Shown: piece by piece, positions 24,567-36,500 of the stretch | Layout of the letters: each line of letters begins with the position of its first letter | Numbering within the stretch: position 1 is the stretch's first letter | Source: a virus | Lineage: Duplodnaviria > Caudoviricetes | Reading direction: 5' to 3' (one strand) | Length of the DNA stretch: 64,000 nucleotides | IMG/VR virus record: IMGVR_UViG_3300020037_002731 | Span: 1 to 64,000 of that record | Translations under genes and position numbers: made by a program | The notes under the pieces: generated by a model | Database searches by the model: none | Told to the model about the DNA's origin: nothing | Seen by the model: the letters and a program-made list of their open reading frames with translations, nothing else

Positions 24567-27500
24567 TTATATTGTTACACAATTTGGGATTTGATCATAT
24601 TCTTCTTGAGTAATATTTCTTAATTCATCAGGTTCTTGTGGAATACTTTCATAATCTATAAAATCATCTAAATCAGAAGTATTATTAGAACTTAGTACAA
24701 ATACATTATTAGTAGCTCTTGACATACCTACATATTTAAGTTGCTGTCTTAATTCTAAATCTTTAAATGCATCAATAGTATCTGCTAACAAAAGTACTTT
24801 ATTATAAGTTCCACCTTGAGATTTATGTATAGTATGTGCATACCCATAATCTAAAGTTTTCTTTACAATGTAATTACCAGTTTGATTTTTTAAATCTTTC
24901 ATAAAGGCTAATTGACTTTGTAATTCTCTAGCTCCAGCAAACATTTGTGCTGCTTTCTTTCTGTTGCCAGTCTTCATAGCTATTGCACCTTCTTTATTCA
25001 TTGCTTCTACTTTCTGTACAAATTTAAGTACTTTATTAGGATCTTCAGTATTATCTACAATAAATACATACTTATTACCATCCTCTGAATTTAAAGTATT
25101 TTTAAGTACAACCTGGTATCCAGAATAACTTTCATTGATACTACCAATTTGTTTATTACTCTTTTTAGCACTAAGTACTTCATAATCTCCAGAATTAATA
25201 ATTAATGGTTCTCCAGTATTATAATCTATATCAAAATTATCATATCCCATTAATATATCTCCAGGTACTAATTGTTCATTAGTGTTAAATAATATTCTTC
25301 TAACTAAAGTATTGTATTCTTTAACTATTTGATTAGTACCAGATAAAATTCTAAAGAATAACTTATTCTGTTTAAAATTATCAGAAGTAAATGCTGCACT
25401 AATTATATCATTAGCTTCTTTAGTACTATCCATGTACTGTACTCCAATTCCTTTCTCATTAACTTTACTAGTATAGGTAAAGTCTTTTCCATTTCTAAGG
25501 TTAGTACTTTCTTCAAGTATAGCATTATCTCCAGTTCTTTCAACTTTAGTTAATTGAATTTGTGGATTTTGATTAGTACTAAATACTTTACTAATATTTT
25601 TCTGTCCTACAGGTTTAATTTGTCCCTTATCCCCTACATAAATAACCTTAATATTGAGTTCTTGTATTTTCTTTTGAATAAAATCATACAAAGAATCTGA
25701 TACCATACTACTTTCATCAATAATAAGTAAATCTCCTCTTTGGATTTTAACTTTATTTTTTTGTGCAAATTCAAGATCTCTAATATCATAGTTACCTAAT
25801 TCATCAAGTCTAATATCAGGAGTTAATCCAAATAATTTATGAAGAGTAAGAACTCTAGCATTAGGATTATTAAGCTTAGTTACTGCATTAGCTCTATGTG
25901 TAGGGGCAGTATAATAAGGGTATCTATGTTGAGAAGATAAGTACTTATCAAATAATGATATTAAAGTAGTTTTACCAGTTCCAGCATATCCTGATAAAGT
26001 AATTTCTTTATTACCAGAATTCATGAACTCTTCAAGCTTAAGTAAAGCTTTTCTTTGTTCATTATTTAAAGCAAATGGTAAGTACAATTTATATCCACTT
26101 TTAAAAGTAAATTCCATTGGATTACCTTCAATAATTTCTGGCTCTTCTTGGATATTTGGATTAGGTAATATCTCTTCCTGTACAGTTTTTTCAGATTGTG
26201 TAATTGGTCTTATAGAATACACAAATCTACTTTGATTTCCATTTACAAAGTTTGAACTAAACTTATTATTTATTGTAAAATCCTTCCAATGCTCAAATCC
26301 TTCATTTTTTGCAAAAGTATTAAGATCTTGAGATATTCCATTAATTTTAAGATCTATTTCTGCACCTTGTTCATCATTAGCATATCCTTGCAAGTACTCA
26401 ATTTTTGCTTCTCCTATTAATTTAATTTCAATTAAAGTCCCATCTGGAAGTTTATGAGTACCCTCTGATAACTTTTCTTTTCTTATTGTAGTTGTTTTAG
26501 TTCCTGATTTTATTTTCTCAATATTATCAGATTGCATTGGTAAAGATAATACTTTTTCTGGAGATTCCAAAACTTCAGATCCTTCAATTCCTTGAATTAT
26601 TTCTGGAGAAAGAACTATAGTTTCTTGATCTTCTGGAGAAATTTCAAATCTTTCTTCAGGTATTTCTTCTTCATTTGTCTTAGGTTCTGGATCTCCTTGA
26701 ATATCTTTGTATTTTTTGCTTAATTCATCACTAAGAGCTTTATTTCCCTCTGGAGTATTAATCCAAGGTTTTAAGTACTCATTACTATACAATTCTATAC
26801 TAAATCTGTACTCATGTACTGGTTTGTACTCTTTAGGTAAGGAATCTTTATTAACATTAGATCTGTAATTATTAGAATTACTTATGTAGTTTCTAATAAA
26901 TTCATTCTGCAATTCTGCTGAAGTTTTTCCAGTTAATTCTTTAATAACACTTTCACTAGGATTACTTTTAGCTAATTCAGTATTTAGTTTCTGTAAATTT
27001 TGAGCTAAGTTTCTTAACATTTGAACTGGAATAAATCTCATAAATGAGTTATTTCCAAATTCCATGTTATTCATAGCTGCTTGATAATTCAATAAATCTG
27101 TAGCAAATTGAGCTATTTCAGGATTACTTGAATGATACATTTGATTAATACTATCAATAAATACCTCACTTAATTCTTTAGTAGGAGTTGTAGTACTATC
27201 AAATTTAAGTATATGTAAGGGAGTAGTATTACCCTTATCTCCAGGACTTAATGGTTTTAAGTACTTAATGAATTTATTCTGTTTAAATTCAGGATACTTA
27301 AGTAAATTCTTAAACTTAGTTGTAATTAAATCTTCTGAAGTAGTATCTTTTAATTGAGTAACTAATCCTGCAAATTTTACATTAGGGTTTAGTGCTTTGT
27401 ACACTTTCATCTGTAAATAAGTACTTAAATTAGCTCTTACTTTAGGAGTATTTTTAAAAGTACTACCTTTAAGTAATGATAAAGTTTCATTCTGAATATT

Positions 27501-30500
27501 CCTAAACATTTCAGTTTCTTGCAAAAATAAATTTCTAGCAATATCAAGTACTTTTCGTAGATTTCTTACATTATTAACAATGTTCTTTTCATTTTGAAGT
27601 AACTTAACTGTATCAAATGGATTAGGTATTGGATTACCATTTTTATCTAATTTAGGAATAGTTAGTTCATCATATGAATTTAAGAAACTTCTTGCAGTAT
27701 CAAATGAAGATCCAATAATTCTGGTTAAAGTATTAAGTCTTGATACATTAAAAGCAAAACTACTTATTTGTTGTGCTTTTATGTACATTCTTAAAGCTTT
27801 TACTTGAATCTGTAAGAACTCTTGAGAGTTTTGATCCATTTCTAAAGCATCCCATAATTCTTTACTAGTTAAATTATTAGGCACTTCCTTATTCTTAAGT
27901 TTACTCATGTAATCATTAAGCAATGGAGCTAATTCTCTAGGTTTTAAGCTTCCAGCTTTAACAATAACAGGTTGTACACTTAAAGGAGCATCACCATCTT
28001 TAATATTAATACCTAATTGATTTAAGTAACTAAATATACTTACACTTCCTACAAGCCAATGAAATGTACTAGCCATTGGATCTTTACTATTATCAATAGT
28101 AGTACTTACCTTTTCAGAACTATAGTTATTTTTAAGGTAAGTTACATCATCAGGAGTATTAAATGTCTTATAAGTTTCTCCATTGAATTGTATATAAAAC
28201 TCTGGATTTAAATCAACTCTATTCTTAGTTAAGTTAGCTCCAGTACTTTGAGCTAGTACAGCACTTCCTCTTAAAGTAGTACTTGCAGTATTATCATCCC
28301 AAGCTTTAATAAGACCATCTGGTGTAAAAATATTGTAAGTAATTTTATCTGTACCTAGTATCTTTTCTATTTTCTCTTTACTTTCTTTAGTATCATCAGT
28401 TGTACTAGCTTGTTTAAAATACTTCTCAAGTTCAGGCTGTTGCATTACTTCTTCTAACTTAATAATAAGCCTGTTATTTAAAGCACCTTGAGATTCAGGA
28501 CTTCCTTTTAGTATAAAATCATCTAATGTTCCAGGAAGATTAAATTTCTCAAGAACTTGTCTTGCTGCATAATCTCTAAGATCATTAATATCTTCATACC
28601 TTTTTTGTAAAGCCTCTTTTAAGTCTCTTCTAGTTTGTTTAAATAACCACTCAAAAGAATCTTTATCATCAATGTACCATTCATTAATTTTTCTTTGAAG
28701 TTTTAACTCTTGTACCTCTTTAAGAATTTTATCATATCCTAGTTCAGTTAAAGTTTTACTTAACTCTTTCTTTACATCTAGATTATTATTTAAATACCAA
28801 TCTCTGTACTCTTCCCATTTATCTTCTGTTTCTGTAGCATCTCCATAGTATTGCTTACCATGTCTTTCTTTACTAAATATAAATAAACTATCATCATCAA
28901 AGTCTTGTCCTGCATACAAAGTTAATTGTGGAGCAGCTATAACTATATCTCCCATGTAATCAGGTAAAATATCTACTATCTTACTTCTTCCCATGAAGTT
29001 ATAACCTTGAGTAGGTACTCTAAGTGAAACTACAGTATCTCCTATTTTTAATCCTAATCTTTTAGCAGTGTACCCTGAAATAACAATTTCTCCTACTGGA
29101 TTACCATTTTCCCAAGTTACTTTTAAATCTGATACTGGATAATCATTGTACTCATCACTATTTCTTTGTGAGCTAGGTATTACTTCTCCATTCTCATCTC
29201 TAATAGTCTGATATATGATAGGAGAACCCATAGTTAATTTAGCTCCACCTAATTTATGTTGAAATGCATCCTTAAATCCAGATAAATATATCTGTTCTAA
29301 CTTCTTTCTTGTATGTGCAAGATTTAAAGTGTATTCAGGAATTCCAACAGTATCTCTAAGAAGTTCAATCATTTGCATATCAGAAGTAGTCTCCTCTATA
29401 ATATCCCTATACTTTTGAAATACATAAGATAAATCACTCTTTAAATTTCCTTGTTCATCAATTAATTGTGAACTTAAAAAATCAAAAGTATTATTTCTTA
29501 ATTGTACTTGAATATCTTGAATCTCTTCTTTTAATAGATTATTTTTTTCATTATCTAATAAACCAAAATCTATTAATTGTTGAATTTGAGTTAGCCAAGG
29601 TACTCTAGTCTTATCTTTACTCTCCTTTAGTACTTGTTCTCTTCTGTACTTTCTAGGTACTTCATATATTGTAGGATTTTCTCCTGTTATTGGAGTACTT
29701 TTTCCAAAGAATATTTTAGCTGCACTTTTAGGTACAATTAAATCTGCATTATTATTTTGAAGTAATTTCCACCTGTTAAATCCTTGTTCTTGACCTTTCT
29801 TAGCTACCCATTCTTTACCATTCCAATATCCAGTATCCCAGGGAGTTAAAGTATAGATACTCATTTTATAGTACACTCTATTACCTAAAGTATCAAATCC
29901 AGCAGTTACATGCTTTTGAGATACAAGATCTAATGATTGTATTTCTTCTCTAGTCAAAGATACTGGATTTCCCTCTGCATCTAATTCCTCTCCATTAAGT
30001 TTCTTTAATGCAAGTTTTTGCAATTCAGTTAAAGTACCTAAAGCTTTTAAATCTTTAAATTTACCCCTAGGACTTTGAAATACTTGAGCATCATCAGGAT
30101 TTATAGGTTTCTTATAAAACTTCTTAGCTTCTTCACCTTCTGGCTTAGTCCATTGTACTTCTCCACTTTCAATATTAACCCAAGCTTCAGTATTTTCTGT
30201 ATAAATAATCTTATCATTTCCTTCTCCCATATCTTTACCACTAGCATTAAGAGAACTTTCTCTTTTAAATCTTTCAGAAAATAAAGCATTATAACTCTTT
30301 TCCCAAGTACCTAAATCTATGTACTTAAGTTGAGATAGATCTCCTTCTGTTAATTGTTGTACAGCAGAGTTATTAATAAGATTATTTAAGAAGAATTGAT
30401 ACAAGTATTCCTCTGTAAATTCCATTCCTTTAACCTCATGTTTCTGTATTTGAGAAAGAATATCTGCCTGGATAATAGGAAGTACAACACTTTCAAAGTG

Positions 30501-33500
30501 AGTATTAATATCAGCTTGAGTCTTAATTTTTTCAAATATTTCAGGATGATTATTAATTACTGGTAAGTATAACCATATTGGTACAGTTACTTTACCATAA
30601 TCTCCTTGTAATCTCTTGTATTCTTGAGTAAATAAGTTCTTTAAAGCTTGTATTCCATCAGCACTAATCTTTCCTTCTTCATACAAGTTTCTAAATGGAA
30701 CTGTAACTCCATAAAAAGATCTTTTATCACCTATAATACTAGGAGCAGTTATGTAGTACCCATTTTTATCTCTATTCTGAAATAATCCATGAAGTACTCT
30801 AAGTACATCTTGAGCATCAGAATCTTTGTAAGTTTTACCTTCTTCAAAAGAATTATCTCCTATGTAAAATATCTCCAAGTTTTGGAATCTTCCCTTTATT
30901 AAATCTGTATTATCTCCAAATAAGAAATTATTAAATTCCAGGTATTCTCCTTTCTTAGTACTTACTTTTATATTTTGAAGTGTTTCATATTTTTCAGATA
31001 ACTCTTTTAATAATTGTGAATAACTACTATAAGGTACATAAGTGTATCTATTAGTGTTATCTGAAGCTCTATAATTAGGAATAATAAAGTTCTTACTAAA
31101 TTGAGCATTAGCATTAGCTATTGCTAATAATCTTCCAGATAAATTACTATCTAAGAAAGGATTTCTTATTTCTGTACTTTCTTTTGAATTACCAGTATTT
31201 TTAAATAAAATATCTTGTAACTTAATTAAATCTGCACTAGTAATATCTCCCTGTTCATTCTTTATAAGTTCTCTAAGTACTAATGAATCTTCATCTGTAT
31301 TATCAAACATTACTTCTAAATAACTTTCTTCTAATTCAATACCTAAAGAATTAAATATCTTCTTAACTACAGTACTTTTATGTAAATTTCCTTTAATAAC
31401 ATTACTTCCATCAACAACCCATTTATCTGATACAGGTTTATCTTCAAGGAAAGGTACTAGATTTTCTAAATTGTATTGAAGATCTTTTCTGAATTTTTCA
31501 TCTTGTAATAATTTATCATCTATTACTAAGCTATAATTAGTACTCCAATTATCAAAAGTATAAATTCCAGCATCATGTTTATTAGTTTTCTTAACAAGTA
31601 CTTTCTTATCTTGAGTAAATACTGTTACATAAGGTAATCTAGCTAACTTGAATTGATTAACAAACCTAGTTAAAAACATTTCATCCTGAAAAGTAATTCC
31701 TTGAGGAGTTTCTTTGCTGTATTTTTTTTCTGTATTTAATTTATTGTATAAAGCATTAATTTCAGGATTTTTAGTTCCTAAAGCTTTAATTGTACCAAGT
31801 ACTTTATTAGCATCTTGATTAGTTAAAATACTAAGAAGTTGATTATATACTCTAGGAAAATTTACAGCAGTTTCTATTTCTTTACCATAGAAATTAACAG
31901 TGTAAATACTACTAGCTATGAAAGTTTTAATTTCAGAAGATACTCTATCTAGTGTATTTACTTCAGAATCTAATCTATCATACTCCTTCATATCCTTATC
32001 TACATCAGTATCAAAGTTTTCTTCTTCTTCTGTAATAGGATTATATCTTAAATATTTTAAATATTTTTCAGCTTCACTTTGAACTAAAGCTTTATTATTT
32101 TTAATACCAAAGTTATACTTCTTAAATAATTTCTTTAGTTGATCTTTCTCAAACTCTGAAGTTTTAGAATTAATTAAAGCTAAATTAGATTTAGAAAAAG
32201 GATTGTATTCTTCAATTAAATCATTTATAATTGTATTGATACTCTTAGTATTATCTAAAGAACTAGCTTTAGCAGTAATTAATGCTATTAAGTTTCTGCT
32301 CTCTTCAGCACTTAATCCACCTACTAATTTAGCTTTAACAAAGGGACTAATAGGATTACTTTTATTAATACTTGAATTTACAAAAGCTCCTCTATCAATT
32401 TTATTGAATAAATCTATTGTCTTTACATTACCTGTAAAGAAATTAATAATACTGTCAAATAAATCAAATATAACTTTTTTCCAAGGTTTAGGTTGATTTA
32501 ATTCTTTATTATTTCTCTTATCTGCATACTCATCTGATAATTTTTCTTCAAATACAAGATTTTCAATATCTTTTCTTGAAATAATTTTATCCTTAAGTAA
32601 TTTAATTAAATCAGGTCTTTTGCTTAAAAGATCTTGTACTTCTGAATTTAATTGTTCAGGACTGTAATTTAATTCTTTACTTTTAGCTTTTAAGTATCTT
32701 TCTTGTTCTTGAGGACTTAATACAGTACTAAATACAGCATGGAAAGCTTCATGATCTACATCAAGATAACCCATTTTTTCTGAAATATATACTGCATTAT
32801 CTCTATAAAATCCTACAGGAATTCCAATTACATTCAACTGATCTAGTACTCTTTCTATTCTTTCTATACTTATTCCTGAAGGAATTTGAGATAATAACCT
32901 AGCTCTAATTTCATCATAAGTTTTAGGTTCTGAACTTAATTGAGATTCATCAGTGTAAATTTTAGTTTTATTAAAGTCTTTATTACTTTCATTCCAATCT
33001 CTAATTAATTCTTGAATTTCTTCTGGAGTGTATCCTGCTACAATAGCACTATCTATTATATCTTGAAGTTCTGAAGAGTATTTAGATTCTACTTTAGTTT
33101 CTTTAATATCCTCTTGTATTTCCTTTGTTTCAGTAGTTTCTTCAGATATTTTTTCTTCTTGCTGTTCATTAATAGTTTCTTGATTTAAAACTTTAGGATC
33201 AAATTTAAACAATAAAGTATAGTTCTTTAGTACTTCAGGGTTAACTCTAATACTAAATTGATCAATACTAGCATTTGTAGGATCAATACTTTGTCTAAAA
33301 GAATTTTCATCAATTTCTTTAATCTTATTTTTAATACTAGCATTAATAAAATTAATAAGATCTACTTCAGTCCAATTAGTTATATCAGGTAAAATAGTTC
33401 TATTAGTAATCTTATTTCCAATACCATACCCTAAAGCTAGCTGCATTTTATTGCCAGCTTTATCATTATGTACAAATTTAATTACATCTCCTGGTAGTGA

Positions 33501-36500
33501 AGCTATCCAAAAGTTAATATCATTGGTAATTAAATCAGCTTGTTCTCTTGTAATATTAGGATTAGCATCAATTTTAGCTTTAATGTCTTTAATGTTCTGT
33601 AAAAAATCAGTACTTGGTATTGGTTTAGCTTGAATAGGTAACCATCTTCCTAAACCATTAATAAGTTTAGCAAATACAAAGAATGATTTTCTAAATCTAT
33701 TATCTTTATGAAATTCATACTCCTGATCTGATAAGAATGGAATACCAGTCATATCTTTACCATTAATACTTTGAGTTCTAGATACTTCAGATACTATAGG
33801 AGAATCTTTAAAAGCACCTTCAAATAATGTAGAATCTAGATCTATAGAAGGTTCATCCCTTGGTATCCATGATACTTCTCCACTTAAATCAAAATCTACT
33901 GCTCCTTTAGGTAATGGTACTTCTGGTAAATTTTGAGTACTAAACCACTTAACTAAATCATCATTAAATCTCTTTAATAAATCCCAATTAGCTTTAAATG
34001 TATCAAGTTCTGATTGAGTAAAAGGTTTACTTCCTAACTTTTCATCATAGTTACTAAATACTCTATTAAATTCAGTTAGAGTCCATTTAGCATCATTAAA
34101 ATCTATAGTAACTCCATTAGCATCTACAAATAAATTAGGATTATTTATTCCAGTAATATTTCTTCCTTCTTCTGGTACTTCTCCTGTTTCTGGATCTGTA
34201 ATATCTAAAAGAATATCTATATCATATCTACCTTGGAGTTTAATTTCTTTATTTCCAAATAAAGTTCTTTGACCATTTTTTTGTTCTTCTTCAAGATTAG
34301 CATTAACTTGTGATTTATTTACTTTAATACTAACATAATCTTTCCAGTTAGGAAGTTTAGCTATTTTATTAATTAATTCTTTAGTTTTAGCAGAAAATCC
34401 TCTATTACTTGCATACCCTTGAAACCACATTCTAGTAAAATGGTTTTCTCCATAAAGTACTTGCTTAGTTCCTTTATTAATATTAGTTTTACCTGGCTCA
34501 TAGTACCCATTTTCTTCAGTATAAGTATTACCTTTTTCATCTTCCCATACTCCTTGAGGATTTACTTTTACTTTAATTTTACTTCCAAGTACTCCTTGTT
34601 TTTCTATTGTAATATCAAAAGAGTCTGTAACTATAGGAGGTTGAGGAGGAGTAGGTGGTGTTGGAGGTTTTTCTTCAACCTTTACTTCAGGTTTAGGAGG
34701 ATTTTGTTTAGTTTCAATCTTTTCTAAGTTCTCTTTAATACCTTTCTCTGAAGTTAAATCATTGTAAGCTTTAGTATATATCTCTCTTCTTTTATTTAAT
34801 TTAATAATATCATTAACACTTTCTATTAAATGTTTATGATGTACTGGATTAGTATCTTTAATTTCCTGATTTGTAGCTTCAATATATTCTTCTTTACCTT
34901 TTTTATCCAAGGTATTAAAATAAATATTATTAAAACTAACTCCAAAAGAATTTAAATCAGCATTAATCTTTAGTATTCTATTATTAGTATTATCTAATGA
35001 ACTAGCAGTATGAGTAGCTAAGTTCTGTAATTCTTTAAAAGTTAAGTACTTAGCAGTATCTTTCTTTTGATCATAAGGATTAGGTAAATTTAGTAGTACT
35101 GCATCATTAACTTTCTTAATATTATTAATTTCTTTAACTAAAGAATTTATAGTATCATTACTGTCCCATCTTTGAGTATCTGCTATAGTAACATCATTAC
35201 CAAAAACTTGATTTAATTCCTCTGCACTAGCATTTTTTAATGAATTAACTCTATCTATTAAAATACCTAAAGTTCCAGCTTGTAAATTCTGTTGAACTAA
35301 AGATACTATAGAACTATGTCTATCATTGAAATAATTAAATTTATCTCTGTTAGTTATAGCCTCATCAGCTAATTGTTGATAAGTTAAAGTTCTATCAGTT
35401 TCTAATAACTTATTTTTCATAACCTCATTTAATTGAGGTAACATCTTATTAGCAAAATCTAACTGAAATTTCTTTCTTTCAGCATCACTTTTAGCATTTC
35501 TAAAATGTCCTAAAGTTCCTGCACCACCACCTATTAAACCTCCAATTACAGTACTTTCTAGCCCTTCCTTGGTAGTTAATCCATCATACAAGGCTTTACC
35601 TATACTTTCAAATATATTAGCATTATTACCATTGTACTTATTATCTAAGTAATCATTAATGGCTGCATTACTAGCAAACTGTAAATATTCTTGACCTCCT
35701 TCTGTAACAATACTTTCAGTTACAGGATTTTTAACTTTTCTAAAAGCTTTAGCATACTTACTTCCAGCATCTTCTATTAATTTACCATCTTTTAGTACAG
35801 TCTTAAGTCCTGCTTCTACATCATTAGCTCCAGGTCTAATTAAATTCTTGAAGATAAAAGTATTAGTAGGAGCTAGTACTGCCATGTTAATAGCAAAGTT
35901 AGCTAAACTACCAGAGTTAGCTATTTCTTCTTTTTGAGCATCACTTAAATCATTTCTATCTTTTAATGTTTCAAGAATTTGATCTTTAGTTTGTCTAGCT
36001 TCTAAGGAACTTTCCATAGTAGCCATAATAGTACCTAAAGTTAATTGAGCTTTAAGATTAGGACTTATTGTATTAATACCTTTACTAGCTGCTTGTACTG
36101 CTGCTTCAGCATCTTTAAATTTAGTTCCTACTGAAGCTGCTTTACCTAAATTAAAAGCTTTAGTTAATGCTGCACCAGTTAAAAAACTTCCTGCTGTATA
36201 ACCAGCACCACTTAATAAAGCATCAAGAAAATGTCCTGAAGCTAAGTTTTCATAACTAAAGAAATTACTATCTTTTTGAGCTTGTGATTGATATACTTTA
36301 AAAGTATCTTGAAACCAGTTATTAATAGGATCTACTACTCCTCTGGATATTTCATTATCAAATATTTCAGATAGTCCATTTACATAAGCAGTTTTAGCTG
36401 ATTTACCTTTAGTCAATTCATCTATTTGTACAAATGGAACTTTTAAAGCTCCATAAAATATAGCTGGAATTTCTAATGCTGCATTTAAAGCACTACCAGC

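Noticed and set aside
14893-24600. Split inteins at the Cys/Asn-Cys gene ends (MANC, MVNC, ...VEC, PNC)
   Set aside because: No HINT blocks are visible (no N-terminal C..., TxxH or terminal HN), and the flanking peptides are far too short to be intein halves.
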